Under the pieces are notes generated by a model that made no database searches, had not been told where the DNA came from, and worked only from the letters and a program-made list of their open reading frames with translations. Below are positions 37,767 to 50,942 of a stretch of 64,000 nt of DNA, one piece after another. The first letter of the stretch is position 1; every line of letters begins with the position of its first letter. Made by a program: the position numbers and the translations under genes. This stretch comes from Mobula hypostoma (lineage: Eukaryota), in NCBI RefSeq assembly GCF_963921235.1, contig NC_086108.1, positions 74,712,001 through 74,776,000 on the forward strand, read 5' to 3'.

Positions 37767-38237
37767 ATAGGGACACAAAAGTAACACAGACAAAACACCA
37801 AAAAGAGCTGATCAAAAAGGAAGAAAGCATCAGTTTTTCTCGAATTAATAAGAAGAAAGCAAGAAGTTTAAATAAAGGTATTAAATGAATGAAGACATTT
37901 CTTCTTGTCAGGGTTAACTAGACAAGGTCTGAAAATGCAACTCGCTAGAACTCCTTTTGGTGGCTAAAATATGCAACGGAAGCTGTTTAAAAAGAAACAT
38001 TTTCATCTGTTGTAAACAGGTATATTTGCATGCACTTCCTGTTAATTCTCTTGCAAAGTATCTTTCTGAATCCATGTTTATAATGGAATTTACTTATTAA
38101 ATGTCACACTGTAGTTCCAGTACATCCCATTGTTAATGGCACTGTGTTACCTTAGATTTGTATCTTTTAGCAGAAGGACTTAATAATTCAATAATATTGT
38201 TCTATGTTTCAAATTTCATTTAATTGTTTTATAATTA

Positions 38238-38785
38238 GAATCAGAATTGGAATCAGGTTTATTATCACAGACATATGTTATTAGATTACAAACATGAAAA
38301 CATCTGCTGATGTTGGAAATCCAAGCAACACACACAAAATGCTGGAGGAACTCAGCAGGCCAGGCAGCATTTGTAGAAAAGAGTACTGTTGACATTTTGG
38401 GCCAAAACCCTTTGGCAGTTCTGCTGAGTTCCTCCAGGATTTTGTGTGAGTTGCTATATTGTTAGATTTGTTGTTTGCAGCAGTGGTATGGTACAATACA
38501 GTATATAAATATTACTATAAGTTACATAAGAGATATGTAGAAAATAAATAAATAGTGCAAGAAGAGGTTATGTCCTTCATGCTGGATGCTGCCGCCTTGG
38601 GGCATCACCTTTTGAAGATGGTGGAGAGACTCGTGCCAGTTAGAGAACTTTTGGTGTCTATAACCCTCTGCAGCTCTCTTTTGATCCTGTGCTTTAGAAC
38701 CTCCATACCAGACAGTGATGCAACCAGTCAGAATGCTCTCCACAATATATCTACAGAAATTTACTAGAATGTTTGGTGATGTTGT
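38238..38785 (-). mobile_element. Rex1/Babar 3' fragment containing an inverted Penelope pLTR relic (about 38288-38456)
   Basis: gaatcagaattggaatcaggtttattatcac tail; IVESILTGCITVWYG; inside it gctggaggaactcagcagg...ctgctgagttcctccagg as an inverted pair. Confidence 0.75.
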
Positions 38786-39523
38786 TGCATGAATGAAATC
38801 ACTGGAGAGAGTTAGTGGTAGATACAAAGCAGCTTCATTATTTGACAAAATAAAGTACAGCAGGCATCATGCAGAGACGCTTTCGGTGGAAAGGTCTGCT
38901 GGACCAATGTGGGGCTCGATATTTATTTGCTGAACACAAAGGGCAATTCCATATTTACAGAGTATAGACAAAGCTTTCTTTTGAAGCTGCATACAAACTC
39001 CACAACTTCTGATTTGCATCCATCCCACAGGCACCAGCAGCGTCTGGACTGAGATTCACAGCTTTTAGGAAATGCATTGTCCCAAATTAAATCCACAATA
39101 GATTATCAAGGAACAGAAGACTGGTAGCCAAAACCATTTGCTAAATGTAAATAACCTAAACCCAAAAATCACTCTAACAGGTGACATGCCAAATGATACC
39201 AATTAATGATAAATATAAGAATATTAAGTACAATAAGACCAGAATACATGATTTTGATGCATATTGACTTATATATGTATGACTTAGTCCATATATCTAT
39301 GTATTGCTAATACTCTTCATGAGAATATGTTACTTGGTCTTATGTATAACTCCATGGCAAATCAACTTATACTTCTATAATCAATTTGCAAAAGTTACTT
39401 TGAAATAGTTTGTCAGTTAGTTTTCTGCAGTGTTTAAGAGAAAGATAAGGCAACAGATTTAATTATCTTGAACTGAGACTAAGAATAACCTTCTCTGGTT
39501 TCAGAAAGAAAACAGCTTAAGCA

Positions 39524-40450
39524 TAAACACGAGATATACTGCAGATGCTGGAAGTTCAGAGTAACACACATAAAATGCTGGAGGAACTCAGCAAGTCATG
39601 TAGCATCTATGGAGAAGAAATAACAGTTGTTGCTTTGGGCCAAGACCCTTCAATAGGACTGGGAAGGAAAGGAGAAGGAGCCAGAATAAGAAGGTGGTGG
39701 TGGAGGGGGTGGGGGGTGTCAGGGAGGCAGGAGTACAAGATGGCAGGTGATGGGTGAGGACAGGCAGATGAAGTTAGAAGCTTGGAGATTATAGGTGGAA
39801 AAGGTGAAGGCTGAAGAAGAAGGAATCTAATAGAGGAGAATGGGTCAGGGGAGAAAGGGGAGGAGGAGGGCTGCCAGAAGGAAGTGATGGGCAGGTAAGC
39901 TGAAGAGAAAGGGTAAGAGGGGAGTCAGAATGTGAAATGGCAAAAGAGAGAATGGAGGAGGAGGAATCAGCACGTAAGAGAAATCGATGCTCATGCTGTC
40001 AGGTTGGAGGCTACCCAGTCAGAATATGAGTTGTTGCTCCTCAACCTGAGAGTGACCTCATCATGGCAGTAGAGGAGGCTATAGACCAACATGTATGAGT
40101 GGGAATGGGCAGTGGAATTAAAATGGTTGGTTACCAGGAAATCCTGCCTGTTGTAGACAGAGCAAAAGTGTGTTTAGTGGTAGGATCCCATTGAAGATAG
40201 TGGAATTTGCAGAGAACCTTCAGTGGGATCCTACCACTAACCTCCTCCCCCCCCCCAACATTCCTTCCCCCTCACCATGCTTCACCTGTCAGCTTGTACT
40301 CCTTCCCTTCTCCCTTTCTCCTTGTTCTGGCTTCCTCCCCCTTCCTTTCCAGTGCTGATGAAGGGTCTCAGTCTGAAATGTCAACTGTTAATTCCTCTCC
40401 ATCGATGCTGCCTGATCTGCTGAGTTCCTCCAGCATTTTGTGTCTGTTAT
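39524..40450 (-). mobile_element. Penelope relic with inverted pLTRs and GIY-YIG C-terminus
   Basis: Left pLTR gcagatgctggaag...gctggaggaactcagc; reverse GIY-YIG end (caggttggaggctaccc...); right inverted pLTR with a CTGATGA...GAAA core at 40351-40386. Confidence 0.85.
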
Positions 40451-41251
40451 TCTAGAGCACCTTGACTTTATTTATGCCAGGTATAATGAAAAAATACTGA
40501 TTGAATATATTAGTACCATTTTCTAATTTCATTCATTAAAGCATACTTCAATAAACAAAGGAGGTATTAGGTGAAGAATATAGGCTAAAGTTAATAGTTG
40601 AGAATATGCCCAATTCAGCAATGATTATGTCATTACAATTAGTAAAGTCGCAGCTGGAAGAGCCATTATGAGATGTTACATTAACAGGCCACCATAGACC
40701 AAACAACACAGTAATTTCTATACTGTTGTCAGTTGTTGAAGTGAGATGCTAAGAACCCCAGATACTGTAGAAGTGCGCTGCCAGATGTGGCCTCACTTGA
40801 GACTATTTTGGGTTTACGAGCTGTGTAATGAAAATCTGGAAGTATTCCACATTCGACAAATGCTCTTGGGCTATTAAATCATGCAAAACGCAAATGCTAC
40901 AGAGAAGGGGATATACTGGGTAAGTGTTTTGTGTTAGACTGACTCAGATAGCTTAGTGTGTTTAGGAATTGCAGAAACATGGCTCCAGGAAATTCATCCC
41001 ATGCACCATCAATCTATAGGCCATGACATTCAGGGACTTGGGCTATTATTTATTTTTTTGTGACTGTATGTTTTACTGCTTTCGTATTTACATGTGCTAT
41101 ACGTGCTTTGTGCTGTGTGTGACTTTTGGTACTGTGTTTTGCACCTTGGCCCCGGAGGAACATTGTTTCATTTGGCTGTATTCATGTGTATAGTTGAAAG
41201 ATAATTAAGCTTGAACTTGAATTCTATTGTTCATCTTCAAAAAGGAGGCAG

Positions 41252-41539
41252 TATGGCGACCCACTTTCTATCGCACATGAACCGGCTCACAACAACACGC
41301 GTAGGCAGAGGGCCGGCACCAGAAAGGGCGCCAGGCCATCTTCACCAGCAGGGGGGAAAATCCCGCGCGCGGAAAGGGTCTGGGAATATGCATTCCCCAC
41401 AGCAATCCCGCCCCAGGGAGGGCGGGAATGGGAAGGCTTTAAAAGCAGGCCGCGAAGTTTGAATAAATCTCTTTCATCGCAACTCTAACTCACTGACTCC
41501 GTGTGGTTATTCTAGCGCTGTGTGTAGCACACCGCTATA
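41252..41539 (+). mobile_element. Solo LTR (288 bp, CpG-rich)
   Basis: 4-bp TSD GCAG (41248-41251, 41540-41543), termini TATGGCG...CGCTATA, TATA-like tttaaaa at about 41438 and AATAAA at 41462. Confidence 0.8.
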
Positions 41540-43309
41540 GCAGATCTTTTTCACTGTACTGATAAAGGCAAAAATAAAGAAAAAAGAATTATGTTGATCA
41601 TTGAAAAAAGACATGTTTTTGAAATAACATTTTTTTCTGTGTAATGCACACATGGTTACAAAATGTCATGACTAAAATGAGAACTATCGTTCAGAGTTGG
41701 AAAGAATAGAATGCTGAGAAAATTAGCTACAACAATATTAAAACATGCCTCCTGTAAAATTTATAAAGTGCTTTCTCCAACATATTTCTAATCTTCTGAC
41801 GCAAGTCTCGTACATCAGAGCAGTACAGTCAGAAATATGTGTATCATATAAGTTTTCCAAGAATTATATTATTTGGGACTATCAGAGTTCTGTGGAATCT
41901 CACTGTAAATAGCAATCCAATCACTAAGAACTCGAGTTGACTAATCTTTGCTTCCTGCTACTGAGCCAATTTTGAACTCAATTTGCTATTTTCCCTTGGC
42001 ACATTTCCAGTTTTCTAATCAGTCTATCTGGACATTAGCTTGGATCATCCTTCACTGGCAGGCAACGATTGAACTAAATGACATCCTGTTAGTAAATTTG
42101 ATTGAAATGTGTAACCTTATAGCGTTAGATGGTAAGCCAAAAATAAATTGAAACATGTAGAAAAAAAATTGGAGCCAATAACTGGTTGACTTGGGGCAGC
42201 AAGAAAATAAAAAATGGTGCCAGAAGGCTACGATTTTATACCATGGAATATTCTGAGTGCAGATGTTCTGATCAATTAGCATATATAATTACATAAACTC
42301 CAAATGTATATCGAGATGAAAACAATTTTGTCCATTTTCTGAGTTTGTTGGTCAGGTTTGAGAGGCAGTTTAATGAGTAACTGCAGCCAGTAGCCCCATT
42401 CAAAGGGGTAATTAGACTGGTGTTCCACAATCATGCCTTCTCTGCTTAATGTTTTCCTAGCAGAGTGTGGAAAGAGGAAAACATTCAAGATTCAATGCTA
42501 AATTGGATTCAATTGAATATTGACATCAATGCTGATAGCATTTCTGTTGTGGGTTATGAATTAAGGGGTTTCTTTCACTGCTGTTGTTTCTTAATCCTGG
42601 TCTTCCTCTGATGCCCACTATGAAAGGTGGTGGAGGACAGGAAAGTGAAAGAAGTCAACAGGACAACGCATCTGGAGGGAGAGTAAATAGAAGATATGCC
42701 TAGAGTAATGCCTGTAACAGACTCTGTGGAACGTGAAAGTACCTCCAATTCTCGGGGAAGCATTGTTTAGGGAAGTTTTACGATACTAGAATTACAGACA
42801 ATTATCACAGCGCAAATGGTTGAGGCATAGTCCATTGCTCCCCTGAACTTCATTGCATCTCTTCCTCCATGCTGTCCAAGGCAATAGCAGTCACATTAAT
42901 TAGTCTGCTACCCATGCAAGCAATGATTGATAGCTTGTCTGCTGTAGCAAATGCATTAAGCACTTCCCCATAGGCATCCCAAAGCAGGGGAAAAGTGATA
43001 AATGTGTTTGCTTTCAGCCAGAGTATAGAGTTTCAAGCAGACCCCAGGGTTCCCCCCAAGTGCAGGGTGTCATTTATCCTGTGTGCTCCTTCACACAATA
43101 CAATTAACAACCTTTATGAATTGCAGAGGACTGCATTACTATCATGACCCTATGACTCACCGCCCACTACACACTGGACAATTCTGTGCTGGCTTTCATA
43201 GCAACTGATTTCACATTTTATAAACCATGATTGCCCCTGTTTTGAGAGTGAGAGGGTTGCTTCTTATCCTCTGTACACTTGACTGGGGATCTTTGCAATT
43301 AATTACAAA

Positions 43310-43430
43310 TATCTTGCTTCTGAGTCATAAATTTATGGATTTAAGTCTCACTTGGAGACGAGAACATGAAATCAAAGCTGGCACACCAGTGAAGGACTGG
43401 GCTGGCTGCACTGCTGGAGGTGGTTTCTTT
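43310..43430 (+). mobile_element. Deu-domain SINE (SacSINE1-like) 5' relic
   Basis: cttgcttctgagtcataaatttatggatttaagtctcacttggagac...aagctggcacaccagtg...gctgcactgctggaggtg. Confidence 0.55.
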
Positions 43431-44283
43431 CCTCAACCACAACTTTTCTCCTATATCATTATTCATCCACAGTGTCTCATTACTATTTGCTTTGTTCTTG
43501 TTATTCACAGAATATATTTCTATTACGCATCCTCCACGACAATTCTGAACCCATTGTCTGCCTGTTCTGCTCTCCGTTTTATATTACGGCACTTTCAAAT
43601 CATTGTCCTAGTTGTCATGTCCTTTTCAAGTTATGTTAAATTATGGTTTATGGTCACTATAACCTTAATGTTCCCAATGCTTACTTCCTATGTGCATTGG
43701 TTCATTCTCTTGTTTGTTACATATTGGGTAGAAGGGAGCTGTGCACCTGCTGTAGCAACAACATCCCAATTATGTATTTCTTCTGACCAATTAAATTTGA
43801 AGTTGTTGAAATCGATCAGTTTTCAACTAGAATGATGATTTCAAAGTCCAGGCCATAAGCTTGTACCCTGTATCTACAATGCCTATAAAAAGTATTCACA
43901 CTCCCTTGGAAGTTTTCATGTTTTATTGTTTTATAACATTGAATGACAATGGATTTATTTTGTTTTTTTGTCACTGATCAACAGAAAAAGACTCTTCCGT
44001 GTCAAACTGAAAACAAATCTTGACAAAGTGATTTGTTAATTACAAATATAAAACACAAAATAATTGATTGCATAAATATTTACCCCCTCCCCACCTTAAT
44101 ATGGCACTGCAATCATCACTGGTGCAGCCAATTGGTTTTAGAAGTCACATAATTAGTTAAATGGGGATCTGGTTTTGGAGACCTGTGTGTAGTCAAAGTG
44201 TTTCAATTGATAGTATTAAAAATGCACCCTGTATCTGAAATGTCCAACTGCTGGTGAGTCAATATCCTAGCAAAAACTACACC

Positions 44284-45293
44284 ATGAAGACAAAAGAGCA
44301 TTCCAAGTAATTCCACAAAAAGGTTATTGAAAAGCACGTCATCAGGAGATGAATACAAGAACATTTCCAAGTCACTGAATACCCCTTGGAGTACAGCTAA
44401 GTCAATAATCAAGAATTGGAAAGAATACAGTGCAGCTGTAAAACTGCGTAGAACAAGCTGTCCTCAATAATTGAATGACTGTGCAAGAAGGGGGTAAGTT
44501 AGGGAGGCCACCAAGAGACCTAGGACAGCTCTGGAGGAGCTACAAGCTTCAGTGGCTGAGATGGAGAGATTACGCATTCAACAACTGTTGCCCGGGTGCT
44601 TCATCAGTCGCAGCTTTATGGGAGAGTGGCAAAGAGATAGCCATTGTTAAAAAAAAAACTAACATAAAACCTTGGCTAGAGCTTGCCTGAAGGCATGTGG
44701 GAGAATCTGAAGTCAGCTGGAAAAAGGTTCTATGGTCTGATGAAACCAAAATTGAGCTTTTTGGCCACTAGTCTAAATGCTATGTTTGGCGTAAGCCTAA
44801 TGCAGCATATATCAAAAACACACCATTCCTACCGTGAAGCATGGTGGTAGCTGTATCATGCTGTGGAGATGGTTTTTCTGCAGCAGGCCCTGGAAAGATT
44901 GTAAGGTAGAAGGTAAAATGGATGCAGCAAAATACGGGAAATCCTGGAGGAAAACCTGGTACTATCTGCAAGAGAACTGCAACTTGGGAGAAGATTTGTG
45001 TTCCAGCAAGACAATGTCCCCAAGCATAAAGCCAAAGCTACACAGGACAAAGTTAAAAATAACAAAGCTAATGTCCTGGAGTGGCCAAGTCAGAGTCCAG
45101 ACCTCAGTCTAATTGAGTGGATTTCAAAAGGGCTGTTCACCCATGATCCTCATACAATCTGACAGAGCTTGAGCAGTTTTCTAAAGAAGAATGGGGAAAA
45201 ATTACTGAGTCCAGATGTGCAAAGCTGATAGAGACCTAACCACACAGACTCAAGGCTGTAATTACTGCCAAAGGTACATCTACTAAAAACTGA
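44284..45293 (+). pseudogene. Tc1 transposase pseudogene
   Basis: MKTKEHSK*...; DDE motifs [17 protein letters not shown] and [13 protein letters not shown]; several stops and frameshifts. Confidence 0.9.
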
Positions 45294-45372
45294 CTTGAAA
45301 GGGGTGAATACTTATGCAATCAATTATTTTGTGTTTTATATTTGTAATTAACTTAGATCACTTTGTAGGGAT

Positions 45373-46941
45373 AATAATAATCATCATCGTCATAATATAT
45401 AATAAATTATTTATTGATCCCAAGTGGGAAGTTATTTCGTTGCAGCAGAACATTTAAAAACACACTTAGCAGTGTGCAGACTTAATAAATAATAAAGTAC
45501 AGAATAGTAATATACACAATAATAATTTACCAATGTGCAATAATGTGCAATAAAAATGTATGAAGTAATAAAACAAACTATTGCACTATGACGTGTGTTC
45601 TCCTGTTGCACAGAGATGAACTGTTATATTATGCTAAATATTTGGTAGGGAAGTTTTTCTGTAACAATCCTTGTGACAGTGGAGCTGAATGAGTCTGTTT
45701 GAAAGGGTGTTCCGCTGCTTATTCAGTAGATCACGGAGAGGATGTGTCAGATTGTCCATAATGGATAGCAGTTTGTTTAGTAGCCTCCTCTCCACCACTG
45801 ACTCAAAAGAGTCCCAGTTGTAGCCAAGGATGGATCCAACCTTTTTGGGATGTGTTTATTTAATCTTTTTGCATCACCAGCATCGGTGCTGCTCCCCCAA
45901 CATAAATTAACAAAGAAGACTGTATTTGCTCCAAGAGACTGGTAAACGATCTCCAGCATCCTGCTGCACACATTGAAGGACCTTAGTTTCCTGAGAAAAT
46001 AGAGTCCGCTCATTCCCTTCTTGTAAACAGCCTTGGTGTTGATTTTCCAGTCAATTCTGTTGTCGAAGTGAACACCTAAGTATTTGTACTCCTCCATCAT
46101 TGCAGCTTCTTCTCCCAGAATGTATACAGGACTCGACACAGTCCTATTCCTCCTAAAATCAATCACCACCTCCCTGGTTTTGGCCACATTCAGGGGCAGG
46201 TGATTCCTCCTGCACCACTCCACAAACTTGTCCACCGGTTCTCTGTACTCTGACTCCTGCCCATCTCTGTTACACCCAACCACCACAGGGTCATCAGAGA
46301 CCTTCTGCAAGTGACAAGACAGATTCGTACTGAAAGTCTGAGGTGTAGAATGTGAACAGAAACGGAGACAGGACAGTCTCTTGTGGAGCTCCAGTGCCAC
46401 TCACCACCATCTCAGACAGAGAACTACCCAGCAGTATGAACTGGGGTCTATCGCTCAGGTAGTCAGTAATGCAAGAGATAATGGATTTGTCTACGCCCAT
46501 CCTTTGCAGCTTCTCAGTCAGTAGAAGTGGCTGGATTGAAGGCACAAGATAAACAAAAAATGTGATTCTCACAATGCCAACAGCATCATCCAGGTGGGAG
46601 TGAGATCTCAGCAACAGGTAGATGATGGCATCATCCACATCCACATGAGGTTGATAGGCAAACTGTAGAGGGTCCGATGAAGATCTCACCTGTGGTCCAA
46701 GGTAAGTCCGAACCAGCCTCTCCATCTGAGATGTGAGGGCAATTTGTCAGTAGTCATTAAGTACAGATGGAGTTGCCGCCTTGGGTACAGGAACCGAGCA
46801 GTAAGTCTTCCATAGCACCGACCGGTATCTTTTCCTGACAGACTCAGATTGTAACGGTGCTGCAAAATACCATACAGCTGGCTTGCACAGGCCTTCAGTA
46901 TCCTGGGGCTGATACTGCCTGGTCTAGCAGCCTTTCCTTGA
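45373..46941 (-). mobile_element. Rex1/Babar LINE (RT region) inserted in the Tc1 right TIR
   Basis: DPLQFAYQP, GTGAPQETVLSPFLF, LNVAKTREVVIDFRR, YKYLGVHFDN; (ATT)n tail; TSD TGTAGGGAT/TGTAGAGAT. Confidence 0.9.
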
Positions 46942-47306
46942 TGTAGAGATGAAAGAGATGAACCAAAGTACCTTTTCTTCATAAATCAAAGGATTAAGTA
47001 CAGAAGATGGGATGTTATTTTGAAGTTGAATAAGATGTTGGTGAGGCCTAATTTGGAGTATTGTGTGCAGTTTTGGTAACTTACCTGCAGGACACGATTT
47101 CTTCTCAAGGCTGTTTTCATTTTGACCCAGAAGAGTCTTTTTCTGATGATCAGTGTCAAAAAAAGCCACTCGTATTCAATGTTGTAAAATAATAAAACAT
47201 GAAAACTTCCAAGGGGATGAATATTTTTTATAGATACTGTATATGCGTTAGTGATGGATGTGTTGGTCAAGAATGATATGCTTGAAGTTTTAGAATGTGC
47301 ACTTGT

Positions 47307-47342
47307 GTCCTCAAGTCCTCAAGTACTCAGGTCCTCAAGTCC
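47307..47342. repeat. 8-bp tandem repeat (GTCCTCAA)x4 at the edge of a CR1 fragment
   Basis: gtcctcaa gtcctcaa gtactcag gtcctcaa gtcc. Confidence 0.8.
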
Positions 47343-47504
47343 CAACAACATCCTTGTAAATTTTCTCTGGACTCTTTCAATATTATTAACATCTTTCCTG
47401 TATGTAGGTGATCAGAACTGCAAACAATAATGAGACAAATAGTGAATGGAATTCAGGGGGATACTGGAGAGGATGTAAAGTGATTACAAAGGTGGTACTG
47501 GAAA

Positions 47505-47730
47505 TACGAAGCTTTTGGAAGTTCTGATGCAACACACACAAAATGATGGAGGAACTCAGCAGGCCAGGCAGCATCTCTGGAGAAGAGTACAGTTGACGTT
47601 TTGGACTGAAACGTTTTGGCAGGATGTTCTGATGAATGGTTTTCAATTTGGAATATTAACTTCCTTTCTCCCTGGAGGCTGACTGACTTGCTGGCAATCT
47701 CCAACGTTTTGTTTTACTTTAGATTTCTAG
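47505..47730. mobile_element. Inverted Penelope pLTR relic
   Basis: gcaacacacacaaaatgatggaggaactcagcaggccaggcagcatc..., then an older opposite-orientation copy ctgatgaa...gctgactgacttgctgg. Confidence 0.7.
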
Positions 47731-48329
47731 CAACTACTATACTTTGCTGAATGATAATAGTTTGGATTTCTTTCCTTTTGGAAAAATGAGGCTAAAAGTA
47801 AATTCCGTAATGGGTTTCAAGGGTTCAAAAGATTTGACAGAATCAACACAAAATTCAGTTCCAATTCTGAGAAAGAGCAAGACTCTTTATATATTTATAT
47901 CAGAGAGCAGATTACAGAACAAATTCAGAAACAACTTTGGTCAGGGTGTGGCAATAATATGGATATTGTCATCTCAGGCAGAGACAGGAAATTATCTAGA
48001 TACATTTGGAGCAGGCTAGATTGACATTGACTGAGAGGGGAACAGAAGGTTATACTGATAAAAATAATGAGTGGAATATAAACACCAGTATTGAGTGAAT
48101 GGATGGAAAATCCTAGTTCTGTGCACCATAATTTATTTAATTCTATGCAATTGAAACTCTGGTCTTCCTGGCAGTAATGACTGAAAGAAATATCTACTTT
48201 TTAAAAATGATTTGTTTTTAAGTATTTATGTTTCACTGTACAGTAATAAACTGTGATAAAGAGATTGCTAACTTGAGTTTCTATGTGGTATATTGTTAAT
48301 TCCTAGGATCACTGAAAGACTTCGATAAG

Positions 48330-48742
48330 ATGGCTCTGGGTCTGTACTTGCTGGAGTTTAGAAGAATGAGGGGGTTCTCTTTGAAACCTAACAACTATTG
48401 AAAAGCTTGGATAGAGTGGACAAAGGATATTTCAGATAGTGGGGTAATCCAGGACCAGAAGGTACTGTCTCACAATACAAGGATGTCCCTTTAGAATAGA
48501 AATGATGAGGAATTTCTTTAGCCAGAAGGTGATAAATCTGTGTAATTCATTGCCACAGATGGCTGTGGAGGCCAAGTCTTTGGGTATATTTAAAGTAGAG
48601 GTTGATAGGTGATGATTAGTAAGGGTGTCAAGGGTTATAGGGAGAAGGGGATAATAAATCAGCCATGATAGAATGGTGGAGCAGGCTCAAGCATCCACAT
48701 AGCCTAATTCTACTCCTGTGTCTTAAAGTCTTACCGTCTTAT
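48330..48742 (+). mobile_element. CR1 3' fragment
   Basis: ctgggtctgtacttgctggagtttagaagaatgag...aggaatttctttagccagaaggtg; tail gtcttaaagtctta. Confidence 0.85.
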
Positions 48743-50942
48743 TAAACAGCAAGAAAGGGAAAACCTGGAAACATGTTGTTTCATGGTGGCTTGTAGTTTC
48801 TGATTATAAAGTAGCTTTAGTATTAGATTAATTGACATCAGCCTTAAGCTGTTCTTTCAGGTCTGCAGAGGTGGCCCATTCATAAGTTCTCCAGAGAGAA
48901 GCCAGAAGACAATCACTCAAATATTAAAAAAATATGAATCCGTCTGTCTTCAAAAGCTGCTGTATTTGATCAAAATAATATTTAATGTTTCAGTTTCCTT
49001 TTTCTGAATGGCCAATGTAGGTTTGAGCAGCTTTGTGTTTCATACTGCTAATTAGTTATTGATTTCATTTATGGAATTTATTTTCTGCACATCAGCTTCA
49101 GTGTAACACTGACATCTGCTTCAGGACATCACTACAGCTTAATTATATAACCTGATATCATGTTGCCTGTGCAAAAACATGGATCAATTATACAGTTTAG
49201 AGGTAACTAAATGTTACTGCTTTCATCCTTTTTGGCTTGTTCTGAAAGCGATGATTATTATTATATTGGTACACAAAATTGAGGAATGGCGTATAGTCTC
49301 CCACAATTTGAATTCAGGATCAACAATCTGTCATCCCTTCACAAGGCCCCATGTAGAGACAGAGCCAGATGAAGAGCTGATTGAATTGCTGCAAAAATAT
49401 TTGTAGTAACCACATCTCATAATGTTATTGTGGTGTAAGCATCATAGTCTGTGCTGCAGTCTTTGTGCATGTCTTGACATACTGGATTTCGCAATATGGA
49501 ACCTAGCAATAACTTTCTTGCATAGGACAGACCACTTGCAATTTTGTACAGTCATGGTTAGCGTTAAAGAATCTAGACAGAGTGGTGAGTATTAACATGA
49601 CCTAAATGAGATGGTGACATCATCATATGTATCATGAATGATTTTAAAGCTAGCCCATCTGATGACAGCTGTGGTCAGCAATGATCTGACATTTGACTAC
49701 AATTATATATGTATGCCACGCCTTGAAGAAAGTGGCACAGTGGTTTGATCAGAGGGCAACTCTTTTCACAGCTCAATGCTGCAATGTATTTTTTAAGCAG
49801 GAACTATTCAAACATTGATTTGAGTTCATTCACTTGTAGATTTATGCCTGAATCGTTTCTTTTTTATTTCTTCATTGCTTCTTTCCTGCTTTGTCACTCT
49901 TGCCTTAAACTGCTGATGAATTGAGGCACCGTCCCCTCTCCATCAACATTTAGTATGTTGCTCTTTTTTTAAGTTGTTGCTATCCATCTGTGCTATGCTT
50001 ATGTTTAGTTTTCCACTTACGCCACGAGTTCACTATATGTAGCCACCTGAATAATCTTCAGGAAGGTTCTAACAAGCTGCCTAAGAGATATAAGCTGCAG
50101 ACAATCCACTTCTACTTCATTTTGCAGCAAAGCCGCAAGTGCACATTCTAAAACTTCAGGCATATCATTCTTGAATTTATGGTACAGGGTGATCGGGCTA
50201 GCATGACTTCTGCAATTAAGATACCTAAATATGTGCAAGAAGTTACAGCAAAGAATCTCCAAGCAAAACGGAATTTCTCAACCATTAAAAAGATTTAAAA
50301 AAAAATCTACTCCAGAAGGAGTCTTGACTTCTTTTGAAGCAGGTAAGTGAAAGTAAAAAAAAATATGCTTCTTGGCACAGAAAGAACATTCTCTTCTTTC
50401 CAACATGTCCCTGTTCTTGCCACTTGACTTTGGAACAACACAACTTTCATTAGTGTATGAACATACTGTATATACACTACTACAGACAACTCTTGTGAGA
50501 CAGAGCAGCAAATCCAGAACTGTCATAATACAGCATTTGCTGTATCCAATAACAGTTAACCTTTCATGGTTATATTGGCAAAATATTCACTAGGGATCTT
50601 AACCATAGATCATGGTATGACATATTGCTCGACTTTTGAGATGACTATTCATAGTACTACCATCCACAGTACAAACTTAGTAAGGAGATACTATAATTAA
50701 TTATAACATTGCATATGTCGTGTCTTTAAAAACAAAGTTCAATGTACATTTATTATCATGGAACATATATATCACCATATACAGCCTGAGATTCATCTTC
50801 TTGTGGGTATTCACAGTAAATACAAGAAACATAATAGAATTAATGAAAGACCACACCCAACAGGACAATCAATGTGCAAAAGACAAAAAACTGTGCAAAT
50901 ATAATAAGGACAGAGAAAAGCAATAATAATAATAATAATAAT

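Larger units (their letters stand above)
43877..47239 (+). mobile_element. Tc1-family DNA transposon with long IR/DR TIRs; right TIR interrupted
   Basis: TA | caatgcctataaaaagtattcac ... gaatattttttatagatactg | TA. TIRs of about 215 bp with inner DRs (about 44072-44090 and 45301-45316). The right TIR is split into 45290-45372 and 47111-47239. Confidence 0.9.

Noticed and set aside
43227..43835. 202-aa hydrophobic ORF
   Set aside because: It runs across a Deu-SINE relic and T-rich decayed reverse LINE-like sequence. The composition reflects T richness and there is no recognisable domain.
50017..50262. 81-aa minus-strand ORF with helical-looking text
   Set aside because: No recognisable homolog or linked exons, so it cannot be supported without expression or conservation data.
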